A stretch of DNA of 34,652 nt from Elusimicrobiota bacterium (GTDB lineage: Bacteria > Elusimicrobiota > Elusimicrobia > FEN-1173): assembly GCA_028278255.1 (NCBI GenBank), contig JANQER010000057.1, positions 1 through 34,652 on the forward strand, in the 5' to 3' direction. Position numbers and translations under genes: made by a program. This document shows, piece by piece, positions 24,853 through 33,418 of the stretch. The first letter of the stretch is position 1, and the number at the start of each line of letters is the position of its first letter. A model generated the notes under the pieces. It saw only the letters and a list, made by a program, of their open reading frames with translations, ran no database searches and was not told the DNA's origin.

Positions 24853-25965
24853 CTAAGGAAGCTCCTCTATTTTTCGTTGAATGAACCCGGCGACATTTTC
24901 AGCGGTCAATTGATACCCGCGGTCGTTCAAATGCACAGTGTCATTGAACCCTTTTTCATCAAGCAGCCTGTCCACAAAAGCTTTGTTTAAATCCAGGTAA
25001 CAGATGCCCTGGTCATGGGTCAATTGTGTCAGCGACGGGGACAGGAAATTTTGATAAAGGTTTCGCACTTGCACGTCTGACCAACTCATGGGGGTGGACT
25101 TATTTTTTCCCCAGCAGGACCGTATGGGCTGGAGCATGACAACAAGCTGAAATCCCTCTGTTTGGCTGACACTCTGAAAAGCGCTCACAACGCTTAAAAA
25201 TTTTTCAAGCTCTTGAACAGCTTTTTCCTGGCGATAGGATTTTGGACCTTTGGCTGGGACAAAATCCAAATTCCCCATCACATTGGCACTTATTTGATAC
25301 AGGCGGCAAGCGCGTGCCATGAGGGCATGAATATTGGCGAACAGGGATTTGATCAACACCAGCAAGATTTGACCCGTGTCCAGTGGGCTGATATATCGGA
25401 TTTTCTTCAAGTCTTGTATATGTTTGTAAGGCGTACGTGAAAGGCTGGACAACAACGCATATGACAGGTCATTGAATCCGGTGAACATAATGACCATGTC
25501 GGGTTTTAGCTTTCTGAGAAACTTTAAATAGAGCAGCAGCTCACTTGATGCATCAAAACTTTCCACGGCAGCATTCAAAACTTCTGTTTTTTGAATGGGA
25601 GATGACCCCCCAGACACTCTTTTGGCAAACGGCTTTTTGGCTGATAGATTTTGTACGGGATATTTTTTTTTGAGCAAGACATCCAATTGTGCCGGGAAAC
25701 TCTTTTGAGGGTCTGAAGCGCCTAGCCCAAAAGCGGCTGAGCCGCCGGTGACAAGAATCCGAAAGAGATCCGGATTTTTTTGTGCTTCTGCTTTTTCAAC
25801 CAATAGATCAAGATGATTTCCGCTTGACGCTTCAGTGGGCAAAGGCATGCCAAAGGGATGGTAATCAGGAGGCACAGCCAGCCTGGCAATGATCTCTATT
25901 GCCAGCAGTGTGCCCAAAGCAATCAAAATAATTTTAGTTGATTTGCTAAAAGGTTTTTTTATCAT
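24853..25965 (-). CDS. membrane-anchored SGNH/GDSL-type hydrolase (esterase/acyltransferase-like)
   Basis: N-terminal TM helix. Block I-like VTGGSAAFG, block III FTGFNDL and block V DTVHLNDRGY (DxxH). Confidence 0.65.
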   Translation of the reverse strand: MIKKPFSKSTKIILIALGTLLAIEIIARLAVPPDYHPFGMPLPTEASSGNHLDLLVEKAEAQKNPDLFRILVTGGSAAFGLGASDPQKSFPAQLDVLLKKKYPVQNLSAKKPFAKRVSGGSSPIQKTEVLNAAVESFDASSELLLYLKFLRKLKPDMVIMFTGFNDLSYALLSSLSRTPYKHIQDLKKIRYISPLDTGQILLVLIKSLFANIHALMARACRLYQISANVMGNLDFVPAKGPKSYRQEKAVQELEKFLSVVSAFQSVSQTEGFQLVVMLQPIRSCWGKNKSTPMSWSDVQVRNLYQNFLSPSLTQLTHDQGICYLDLNKAFVDRLLDEKGFNDTVHLNDRGYQLTAENVAGFIQRKIEELP

Positions 25966-25985
25966 GGTTTTCTGGTGTTGACTTC

Positions 25986-26249
25986 TTACAAAGAAACAAT
26001 TCCTTCAATTTTCATGGCTTGCTGATAAATGGACAGAACCTCGCCGCTGGAATTCATTTCTGCTTCGACTGTAACGGCAATATATTTTCCGTGTTTGGAA
26101 TCTCTTTTGCTGATCGCCCCCTTATAGAAAATAGGCAGCAAGTTGGCCAGCTTGGCTTTGGGAACAATAAATTTAAAAGTATAATAACAAGGCCAGCGAT
26201 AGAATTCATCAAGCTTGGCGCGCAGATCCTTAAATGAGTTTTCTGTCAT
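25986..26249 (-). CDS. DUF493 (YbeD-like) small protein
   Basis: 87 aa. WPCYYTFKFIV...KYIAVTVEAEMNS...IYQQAMKIEGIVSL parallels the YbeD pattern (FP..YTFKV...ending ..IVRMVL) as I recall it. Confidence 0.5.
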   Translation of the reverse strand: MTENSFKDLRAKLDEFYRWPCYYTFKFIVPKAKLANLLPIFYKGAISKRDSKHGKYIAVTVEAEMNSSGEVLSIYQQAMKIEGIVSL

Positions 26250-26315
26250 GACTTAAATTTATCACTTTCTCAATAAATGTCAATATGAAATTAAACAGCG
26301 ATGACGAAATAAAAA

Positions 26316-27869
26316 ATGGGAGAACAAGCTGACATGGGACACGCTGATGTGACCATCGCACTGCCGACTGATTATACTGATGACTTGCTGGTGGGCAAGA
26401 TTAGAAAACAGCTCAGCCTTCATGAGTTTTCTTATCAGATAGACAGAAAAAGTCTGGACGCCAGAAACAAAAAAAATATCCATTGGCAGATTCGCGCATC
26501 AGTTCTGTCTCCTGAGATCAAGGGGACTCTGCCCGTGTGCCCTCAGCCCTTGAGCGTGCCCCATCAAAAAAGAAAAGAAAAAGTCCTTGTGGTTGGAAGC
26601 GGTCCGGCTGGCTTTTTCTCGGCATTGGTCCTTCAGAAAGCCGGGTTTAAGGCCACGCTCATTGAGAGAGGGTCTAATGTTGGCCAAAGGGCAGGTGAAA
26701 TTAAAAAATTTGAATCCACCAGTCAACTCAATCCCGCAAACAACTATGCGTTTGGCGAGGGTGGCGCAGGCGCGTTTTCAGACGGCAAACTCACTTCCAG
26801 GACCAAAAACATTTCCAAAGAAAAACAATTTGTTATGTCCACCTATATCCGGGCCGGGGCTCCAAAGGAGATTGCTTATTTGCTGCACCCTCATTTGGGC
26901 AGCGACAACCTCAAAAAGATCCTCAACAATCTCAGGGATGAATTTTTGTCTCTTGGAGGCCGAATGCTTTTTGACATATGTTTACAGGATCTCAAAATAA
27001 AAAATAAAAGGGTTGTTGAAGCTGTGACAAACAAAGGCGGCCTGGAAGCGGACTTCTACATTATAGCGCCTGGGCATTCTGCCTATGACACATACCGCAT
27101 GCTGATGCGAAGAGGGGTTAAGTTTCGCACTAAGAATTTTGCCATTGGTTTTAGGGTGGAGCATACACAGAAAATCATCAATCAAGCGCAATGGGGCTGC
27201 GGCGCATTGCCTGGAGTCAAAGCTGCTGAATACAGGCTCGCGTCGCCGGCAGACGGTCATTGGCCGGTTTATACTTTTTGTATGTGCCCTGGAGGGGTGA
27301 TTGTGCCTTCTGCTTCTCAGCAAAAGACAAACATAGTCAATGGCATGAGCCTTTACGCGAGAGACGGAAAATTCGCCAATGCCGCATGTGTGGCTGGGAT
27401 TGATCTCAACAAACTCAACAAAAAAGAAATATCTCCCATGGCAGCGCTTGACTGGTTGGAAACACTTGAGAGAAAGTTCTATGAGTATGCCAATGGGTAT
27501 CAGGCACCGTTCTGCAGCGTGCAGGATTTTATTCGCAGAAAGACGCCTGAAAAAGGGACTGAAACAAGCTATGTGTTTGGATTGGCGCCAGCGCCATTAT
27601 GGACGCTGCTGCCGGATTCTATCAGCCGATCCATTGCGCAGGGACTTAAAGACTTTAACAAAAAGCTAAAAGGATTTGACACCGGCCATCTCATTGGGCT
27701 TGAAAGCAAAACCTCATCGCCTGTTCAGGCGCTGTCGGAGGATAACAGGCAATGTGCAGGTTTTGAAAATCTCTATTTAATCGGAGAAGGCAGCGGTTAT
27801 TCCGGCGGCATCATCTCCAGCGCAGTCCATGGGATCAAAACAGCCATGCGCCTCATTGGCGGTTTCTAA
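26316..27869 (+). CDS. FAD-dependent oxidoreductase of the COG2509-like uncharacterised dehydrogenase family
   Basis: Dinucleotide-binding VLVVGSGPAGFFSALVLQKAGFKATLIERG and C-terminal LYLIGEGSGYSGGIISSAVHG. An alternative start is ATG 26334. Confidence 0.75.
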   Translation: MGEQADMGHADVTIALPTDYTDDLLVGKIRKQLSLHEFSYQIDRKSLDARNKKNIHWQIRASVLSPEIKGTLPVCPQPLSVPHQKRKEKVLVVGSGPAGFFSALVLQKAGFKATLIERGSNVGQRAGEIKKFESTSQLNPANNYAFGEGGAGAFSDGKLTSRTKNISKEKQFVMSTYIRAGAPKEIAYLLHPHLGSDNLKKILNNLRDEFLSLGGRMLFDICLQDLKIKNKRVVEAVTNKGGLEADFYIIAPGHSAYDTYRMLMRRGVKFRTKNFAIGFRVEHTQKIINQAQWGCGALPGVKAAEYRLASPADGHWPVYTFCMCPGGVIVPSASQQKTNIVNGMSLYARDGKFANAACVAGIDLNKLNKKEISPMAALDWLETLERKFYEYANGYQAPFCSVQDFIRRKTPEKGTETSYVFGLAPAPLWTLLPDSISRSIAQGLKDFNKKLKGFDTGHLIGLESKTSSPVQALSEDNRQCAGFENLYLIGEGSGYSGGIISSAVHGIKTAMRLIGGF

Positions 27870-27932
27870 TTGCATATACCAGCATGACGGGGCAAATTAT
27901 GCTACAATATAAACCATCAAATAAAAATTTAA

Positions 27933-28024
27933 GGAAAGGTGGCCGAGCTGGCTTAAGGCAGCGGATTGCTAATCCGCCGTATAGGTGTAAGCTTATACCG
28001 AGGGTTCGAATCCCTCCCTTTCCG
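27933..28024 (+). tRNA. tRNA-Ser (anticodon GCU), class II with long variable arm
   Basis: GGAAAGG TG GCCGAGCTGGCTTAAGGC A GCGGA TTGCTAA TCCGC CGTATAGGTGTAAGCTTATACC GAGGG TTCGAAT CCCTC CCTTTCC G. The acceptor stem and T arm are perfect. Confidence 0.9.
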
Positions 28025-28036
28025 AGTTATGTGACT

Positions 28037-28185
28037 GTCGTAGGGGCGGGGCTTGCCCCCGCCCTTGCAGACAAACCGTTTAACCAAACGGTCAATTTCG
28101 TTTTTAATTTTATCTGATAGGGCGCGGGCATCACTTCCTACAAACAGTGAACACATTTAGCAACATAGAGCCCCGCCCCTACGAC
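28037..28185. repeat. GC-rich palindromic (REP/MITE-like) unit bounded by a perfect 17-bp inverted repeat
   Basis: GTCGTAGGGGCGGGGCT (28037-28053) is the exact reverse complement of AGCCCCGCCCCTACGAC (28169-28185). The left arm also forms a local hairpin GGGCGGGG/CCCCGCCC (28044-28064). The 12-mer GTAGGGGCGGGG recurs at 30083-30094. Confidence 0.65.
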
Positions 28186-28194
28186 AACTCAATC

Positions 28195-28896
28195 ATGGCC
28201 CTTTACGTCGTTTCAACGCCCATTGGCAATCTGGAAGATATTACGGCAAGGGCTTTAAGAGTTTTGCAAAAAGTCGGTTTTATTGCGTGTGAAGACACGC
28301 GGCATACACATCAGTTGTTGAATCGGTTTAATATTCATAAGCCGCTGATTCGCTATGATGAACATGTGCACCATCGTGAATCTCCGCGTTTACTCAAAAG
28401 GCTTTGCCAAGGAGAAGACGCAGCTCTTGTGACTGATGCAGGCACGCCAGGCGTATCAGATCCGGGCGCCAGACTTCTTCAAGAGGCAGTGTCCGCCGGG
28501 GTTCAGGTGATCCCCATTCCCGGCCCCTCATCTGTGCTGGCAGCGCTCATCGGATCCGGGCTGCCGACTGACGAATTCACTTTTTTGGGGTTTTTGTCGC
28601 GCAGGCCGGGCCGTATGGCCAGAGAATTAAAGGAAGCAGGAAATACCAGAACCCTCATATTTTTTGAGTCTGTTTTCCGCCTCAAAAAAACATTGGAAAC
28701 CGCGCAGCAGGTGTTTGGAGATGTGCCTGCAGCGGTGGGCAGAGAGCTCACAAAAATCCATGAAGAATTTATCAGAGGCTCTTTGTCTCAAGTGTTGGAT
28801 GTTTTGTCCAAACACCAGGTTTTAAAAGGCGAAGCAACAGTGGTGTTGGCGCCACAACTGAAAAGTGAGAAGGCCGAAGGCCAAAGTGCGAAGTAA
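28195..28896 (+). CDS. rsmI: 16S rRNA (cytidine1402-2'-O)-methyltransferase RsmI
   Basis: MALYVVSTPIGNLEDITARALRVLQKVGFIACEDTRHTHQLL and TDAGTPGVSDPG. The track start GTG 28147 would run through the palindromic repeat, so ATG 28195 fits the family N-terminus better. Confidence 0.85.
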   Translation: MALYVVSTPIGNLEDITARALRVLQKVGFIACEDTRHTHQLLNRFNIHKPLIRYDEHVHHRESPRLLKRLCQGEDAALVTDAGTPGVSDPGARLLQEAVSAGVQVIPIPGPSSVLAALIGSGLPTDEFTFLGFLSRRPGRMARELKEAGNTRTLIFFESVFRLKKTLETAQQVFGDVPAAVGRELTKIHEEFIRGSLSQVLDVLSKHQVLKGEATVVLAPQLKSEKAEGQSAK

Positions 28897-29004
28897 ATGC
28901 AAAAAAAGTGCCACTCTGATATGACGGGATTTGTCTTTGTTCTATAAGATTTTTACTTCGGCCTTCGCTCTTTGCACTTCGAACTTTAATAATAGGGTCC
29001 ATTC

Positions 29005-30042
29005 ATGATCAACATTGCCATTGTTGGTGCAACAGGATACACAGGCGGGGAGCTGATCAAGATTCTTCTGCGGCATCCTCACGTGCGGATAAAACATGTC
29101 ACTTCTGAATCTTCTCCCGGAAAACGTGTGGATGATGTTCATTCCTGGCTAAAGGGCAGGTGTGATCTGCGTTTGGAAAAACTGAACATCAAAAATCTAG
29201 CCAGAGACACAGACGCGGCTTTTTTCGCTTTGCCGCATGGAGCCGGCGGACAAAACATTGCCAGTTATGTCAAACAGGGAAAAAAGGCCATTGACCTGTC
29301 TGCGGATTTTAGGCTTCGTGACATCAAAACCTATCAACAATGGTACAAAACCAAACATGCCTCACCATCCCTTGTGAAAAAGGCTGTTTATGGACTGCCG
29401 GAAATTTTCCGGGAAAAGATTGTGGGAAATGGACGGGACCGTCCCCTGATTGCGGCCAATCCCGGCTGCTATGCCACAGCTGTTATATTGGCTTTGTCCC
29501 CTTTATTAAAAAACAATTTGGTGGATCCTGATTCCTTGGTGGTTGATGCCAAGTCAGGCGTTTCGGGCGCAGGCAAAAAGCTGGATCTCATGTATCATTT
29601 TTCCGAGGCTGCGGAGAATTTTCAGGCTTATGCTGTTGGGGCGCATCGGCATATGCCGGAGATTGAGCAAACACTTTGCGAGGTGTCTGGAAAAACAGTC
29701 AGAATCACATTTGTCCCGCACTTGCTCCCCATGAACAGAGGCATTTTGGTTTCTGCCTATGCCAGATTGAACCAGAAAGCAACTGTCGGGCAAATCAAAC
29801 ATTGTTTTGAGCGGGATTACTCAGGGGAAACATTTATTCGCTTTTTGCCGGAAGGCCAATGGCCGCAAACCAAGAACACTGTTCATACGAATTACTGTGA
29901 TATTAACTTAAAAGTGGATGAGCGCACGAATCGCGTGATTGTGTTGGCGGCTTTGGACAATTTGGTCAAAGGGGCTGCAGGTCAGGCTGTGCAAAACATG
30001 AACCTGCTTTTTGGCCTTGATGAAACAGAGGGGTTGCTATAA
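29005..30042 (+). CDS. argC: N-acetyl-gamma-glutamyl-phosphate reductase
   Basis: MINIAIVGATGYTGGELIKILLRHPHV, active-site NPGCYAT, and C-terminal LDNLVKGAAGQAVQNMN. Confidence 0.95.
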   Translation: MINIAIVGATGYTGGELIKILLRHPHVRIKHVTSESSPGKRVDDVHSWLKGRCDLRLEKLNIKNLARDTDAAFFALPHGAGGQNIASYVKQGKKAIDLSADFRLRDIKTYQQWYKTKHASPSLVKKAVYGLPEIFREKIVGNGRDRPLIAANPGCYATAVILALSPLLKNNLVDPDSLVVDAKSGVSGAGKKLDLMYHFSEAAENFQAYAVGAHRHMPEIEQTLCEVSGKTVRITFVPHLLPMNRGILVSAYARLNQKATVGQIKHCFERDYSGETFIRFLPEGQWPQTKNTVHTNYCDINLKVDERTNRVIVLAALDNLVKGAAGQAVQNMNLLFGLDETEGLL

Positions 30043-30048
30043 TGAAAA

Positions 30049-30072
30049 GAAATTGGAAATTAGAAATTGAAA
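30049..30072 (+). repeat. 24-nt dispersed repeat GAAATTGGAAATTAGAAATTGAAA, copy 2
   Basis: Matches the reverse complement of 18151-18174 at 23 of 24 positions. It is followed at 30083-30094 by the GTAGGGGCGGGG half-site. Confidence 0.7.
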
Positions 30073-30222
30073 TACATTGTCTGTAGGGGCGGGGTTCTCC
30101 GTCCATTGAAAAAAATAAACAGAAAAACGAGAAGCATCTAGGAGCGTGAACAGAAAAAATAATGCAGCCAAAAATGAAAAGATCGGCTTCTCGTGTTTTT
30201 GGCTTGCTTCTAGGAGGTTTTT

Positions 30223-30420
30223 ATGGGATTGATGAATGTGTTAACGCGCATCTTTACAAATGGTGCCAAAAACGGAAAAGACAAAACATTGGCATGTATT
30301 CAGTGCCGCCGACATTTTATGTTTGAATCAGGAGAACAGGAGTTTTACAAAGAAAGGGGGCTCCAGGAGCCCAAGCGCTGCCCTCGTTGCCGCAAGCAAG
30401 CGCGCACCCGAAGAAGATAG
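30223..30420 (+). CDS. small zinc-ribbon protein (CxxC...CxxC, zf-trcl-like)
   Basis: 65 aa with CIQCRRHFMFESGEQEFYKERGLQEPKRCPRCRKQ. A strong AGGAGG RBS lies 6 nt upstream of the ATG. Confidence 0.7.
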   Translation: MGLMNVLTRIFTNGAKNGKDKTLACIQCRRHFMFESGEQEFYKERGLQEPKRCPRCRKQARTRRR

Positions 30421-30544
30421 TTTTGATATTTTTGATTTTAGATTTATGATTTTTGATTGAATGCAAATATAATCAATTTGTTCCCATGTGTCAGTGATAA
30501 ATGGACATTTTGATTTTTCAATCGCAAATCAAAAATCCATATAT

Positions 30545-31777
30545 ATGTTTCCCAAACCATCTGACATACAAGCGTCTTTGTTGAACAGCGCCTTGCCCGC
30601 AGGATATTCATTGCTGGGTTTAAGAAGCGGTATTTCTTCAACGCCGGGGAAGAAAGACCTGGCATTGTTTTATTCTCATACGCTTGCACAATGTGCTGCG
30701 GTTTTTACGCGCAACAAGGTGAAAGCCGCGCCTGTTTTATTGAGCCAAAAAAAAATTCAGAAATCTTCCCAAACCAGATCCATCCTCATCAATTCAGGCT
30801 GCGCCAATGCCTGCACTGGAAAACAAGGCATGCAGGATGCGCTTTGGTCTGTGGATCAGCTGGCCGCCAAGCTCAGAATCCCGCCTGCACAGATTCTGGC
30901 GGCTTCTACCGGACTAATTGGCAGTTTTCTCCCGCGTGATGACGTCCGGAAAGGAATTGGCGGATTAGCGGGTTTGCTCAAAGAAGGCCGGAATTCAGCG
31001 CATAATGCTGCCTCAGCCATTATGACAACTGACACAAGAGAGAAAGCCGCGCATGCGGTGTTTTCTTGGGAGGGTCAAAAATATACGGTTTGGGGTTGTG
31101 CCAAAGGGTCCGGCATGATTCATCCGAATATGGGGACAATGCTTTCAGTCATCCTCACGGATATCGGGCTGCCGGCTGACAAGATACGCCCGGCTCTGCA
31201 GCAAGCGGTGAACCGTACTTTTAACAGAATCAGCGTGGATGGCGATACTTCCACCAATGACACTGTGTTTCTTCTGTCCAATGGGGCCAAGGCTTCTTTT
31301 TCAAAAGCGCCTTCAAAGCTTATGTCCCTGTTTCAGGAAGCGCTTTCTCAAGTGTGTTTCTCATTGTCCTATCAAATCGTTAGCGACGGCGAGGGGGCCA
31401 CGAGAACAGCTTGTGTCACGGTTAAAAACGCTGCGCATGAAAAATCAGCCGCGCGCATGGCTGGCACAGTAGCAGGGTCAGCGCTTGTGAAAACAGCCCT
31501 GCATGGCGCTGATCCCAACTGGGGCAGAATCATGGCTGCTTTGGGACGGGCAGACAGCCCGTTTGATCCGGACAAAGTGGACATCCAATTTGGGGACACA
31601 GTGGTTTTCCGCAAAGGCCGAAAAACAGATTTTAATGTGTCAAAGGTCAATGATGTCCTTCAGCAAAAAAATGTGTTTATTGTGATTGATTTGCACCAAG
31701 GAAAAGCAGAGGCACATTACCTGACATGTGATTTTTCAAAAGATTATGTCACTATCAATGCCGACTACAGCACCTAG
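30545..31777 (+). CDS. argJ: bifunctional ornithine acetyltransferase / N-acetylglutamate synthase
   Basis: AAVFTRNKVKAAPV, MTTDT, KGSGMIHPNMGTML (autoprocessing Thr region) and DGDTSTND, ending INADYST. The track start is GTG 30488. ATG 30545 gives a typical 410-aa length, but neither start has a clear RBS. Confidence 0.9.
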   Translation: MFPKPSDIQASLLNSALPAGYSLLGLRSGISSTPGKKDLALFYSHTLAQCAAVFTRNKVKAAPVLLSQKKIQKSSQTRSILINSGCANACTGKQGMQDALWSVDQLAAKLRIPPAQILAASTGLIGSFLPRDDVRKGIGGLAGLLKEGRNSAHNAASAIMTTDTREKAAHAVFSWEGQKYTVWGCAKGSGMIHPNMGTMLSVILTDIGLPADKIRPALQQAVNRTFNRISVDGDTSTNDTVFLLSNGAKASFSKAPSKLMSLFQEALSQVCFSLSYQIVSDGEGATRTACVTVKNAAHEKSAARMAGTVAGSALVKTALHGADPNWGRIMAALGRADSPFDPDKVDIQFGDTVVFRKGRKTDFNVSKVNDVLQQKNVFIVIDLHQGKAEAHYLTCDFSKDYVTINADYST

Positions 31778-31872
31778 TGGTCCAACAACCTTGATTTGAC
31801 GAATAAAAATCAAAAAAGAGCCGATAAATCGGCAGACTACAATCCATCAAATCAAAGTTGTTGGACCACTAG
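31774..31872. repeat. 99-nt palindrome: 26-bp inverted repeat (25/26) enclosing a small hairpin, between convergent genes
   Basis: CTAGTGGTCCAACAACCTTGATTTGA (31774-31799) pairs with TCAAATCAAAGTTGTTGGACCACTAG (31847-31872). The left arm contains the argJ TAG stop. Confidence 0.7.
31804..31833 (-). terminator. rho-independent terminator for the minus-strand HAMP gene (inside the palindrome)
   Basis: Minus strand reads GCCGA tTTa TCGGC followed by TCTTTTTTGATTTTTATT. The stem is 31820-24 / 31829-33. Confidence 0.5.
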
Positions 31873-31938
31873 GACAAATAAAATTCCAAATGCCAAGGAA
31901 CAAAGCGCCAAGTGCCCAAACACAGGAATTTTTGCTGT

Positions 31939-32628
31939 TTATATGGTGAACCCTGAAGTGATTTGAAGCGCTTTGTATTTGATTTCCCTGAAGGCTTGAG
32001 CCAATTCCGCAGGGCAATTGCCGGCAGAAAGAATGTCTTCACATTTTTGAGAGACTTCTTTTGCTGCGGACCTGTCTGATTGCACTTTGCCATGAAGAGA
32101 GGCAATCATGTCATTGAATTGATCCTTCAGTTCTTCCAAATCATCTGAAAGGAATCTGCCTTTTCGAAGCGATATGTGAAGTTTCAAGTTGCCTTGCGCC
32201 ACTGTTTTGCAGGACTGCTCAAAACGATAAATCGGGCCGGCCAGCTTATGCGAAAAATGAAGTGTGAGCCAAGTGATCAGCACTGAAAAAACAATGATTT
32301 TAATCAACATCATCCAGATCTGTTGTTGCAGCATGGTGGGCAGAACCTTGCCTTTCAAAATAACCAAGATCTCTTCATTGCTGAAAATGCCGGGCTGGTT
32401 TGCAGGGAGGTTCATCACATTATTGAATTCCACATCAATGACCTTGTCCAGCTTGTCAAAGCCCAGATAGACATCGCTGATCAGAATCCCGCCCAGCACC
32501 AGCAATCCAAAAACCGCGAACAACATAAATTTCATCTGAAGCGGCTTTTTGATCAGCAATGTGCGGCGTCTGTTGATGTTTGATTTGTCCTTCTTTTCTG
32601 GTGTCTGCGGATTATCTGAGTGGGACAT
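31939..32628 (-). CDS. two-TM membrane protein with HAMP-like linker and no output domain
   Basis: TM1 FMLFAVFGLLVLGGILI and TM2 MMLIKIIVFSVLITWLTL, followed by HFSHKLAGPIYRFEQSCKTVAQGNLKLHISLRKGRFLSDDLEELKDQFNDMIASL (HAMP pattern). Confidence 0.6.
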   Translation of the reverse strand: MSHSDNPQTPEKKDKSNINRRRTLLIKKPLQMKFMLFAVFGLLVLGGILISDVYLGFDKLDKVIDVEFNNVMNLPANQPGIFSNEEILVILKGKVLPTMLQQQIWMMLIKIIVFSVLITWLTLHFSHKLAGPIYRFEQSCKTVAQGNLKLHISLRKGRFLSDDLEELKDQFNDMIASLHGKVQSDRSAAKEVSQKCEDILSAGNCPAELAQAFREIKYKALQITSGFTI

Positions 32629-32785
32629 AAAAACCTCCGTGGTGTCAGGCCTATTAAAAATTCAATGGCCCATGATCTTTGGTTGAGATAAGTATATGAC
32701 TTTTCTTTGATTCAATCAAAATAAAAATTAAAATAATCCTTTCAATAGACAAAACCATTATTAATTGCTAAAACGATACCTCCTA

Positions 32786-33418
32786 ATGAAAACAAAAATC
32801 CACAAAACAAACGCCAGGGAAATGTCCCTTTCAATGATCAATGAAACTGTTGCTGTTTTGGATAAGGGCGGGGTGGTTGTTTTCCCGACAGACACCGTGT
32901 ATGGCATTGGCGCGAGTGTGCTGCAGCCTGCGGCCATATCAAGAATTTACAGATTAAAAGGCCGTTCCTACAAGAAACCTTTGCCTCTTCTGGTGGCTGG
33001 ATTTCAGCAGGTTCAGCCTTTGGTGGAGAGCATCCCGTCCAATGTCCGAAGAATGCTTAAAAAATTTTGGCCGGGCCCCCTCACTGTGGTGTTCAAAACA
33101 TCAGTGCTCGGACAAATGTCCACTGGCGGCAAAAAAACAGTGGCTGTGCGCATTCCCGATCATGAGGTGGCTTTGGCTATTCTCAAAAAAATAAATAAAC
33201 CATTGGCTGTGACCAGCGCCAATCCATCGGGGAGGGACCCTGCTGTGACTGGTTTTCAGGCTGTTCACATTTTTAAGAACCGCGTGCCTGTGATCATCAA
33301 TGGAGGCGCCTGCCCCCAAGCGCAAGCTTCCACGGTTTTGGACATTACTGCTTTCCCTTGGACAATCAGACGGCAAGGCGTGATAAAAGAAAAAGATTTG
33401 ATAAAATATATGATATAG
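32786..33418 (+). CDS. tsaC: L-threonylcarbamoyladenylate synthase (YrdC/Sua5 family, short form)
   Basis: GGVVVFPTDTVYGIGASV, KGRSYKKPLPLLV, WPGPLTVV, VAVRIPDH and PLAVTSANPSG. The start is ambiguous (TTG 32765, ATG 32786 or ATG 32822). Confidence 0.85.
   Translation: MKTKIHKTNAREMSLSMINETVAVLDKGGVVVFPTDTVYGIGASVLQPAAISRIYRLKGRSYKKPLPLLVAGFQQVQPLVESIPSNVRRMLKKFWPGPLTVVFKTSVLGQMSTGGKKTVAVRIPDHEVALAILKKINKPLAVTSANPSGRDPAVTGFQAVHIFKNRVPVIINGGACPQAQASTVLDITAFPWTIRRQGVIKEKDLIKYMI

Noticed and set aside
27884-28117. 77-aa ORF (and the antisense 27953-28156) spanning the region after the FAD oxidoreductase gene.
   Set aside because: It runs straight through tRNA-Ser(GCU) and the GC-rich palindromic repeat. 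The VGAGLAPALA stretch is simply the translated palindrome.
28868-28982. Apparent complementarity between the rsmI 3' end (GAAGGCCGAAGGCCAAAGTGCGAAGTAAA) and TTTACTTCGGCCTTCGCTCTTTGCACTTCG, considered as a long terminator stem.
   Set aside because: Only short blocks (CGAAGTAAA/TTTACTTCG and CGAAGGCC/GGCCTTCG) pair, and they do so in different registers. No continuous stem or T-run results.
30260-30460. 66-aa ORF overlapping the zinc-ribbon gene in another frame.
   Set aside because: It has no RBS. The competing frame has AGGAGG plus paired CxxC motifs. Its tail (FDIFDFRFMIFD) is a translation of the TTTTGAT-type intergenic words.
30453-30476. TTGATTGAATGCAAATATAATCAA upstream of argJ as an ArgR (ARG box) operator.
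   Set aside because: The half-sites TGAAT and AATCA are separated by 8 nt rather than the roughly 4 nt of the TGAAT-wwww-ATTCA consensus, and one half is imperfect. It more likely belongs to the general TTGAT-word background of these spacers.
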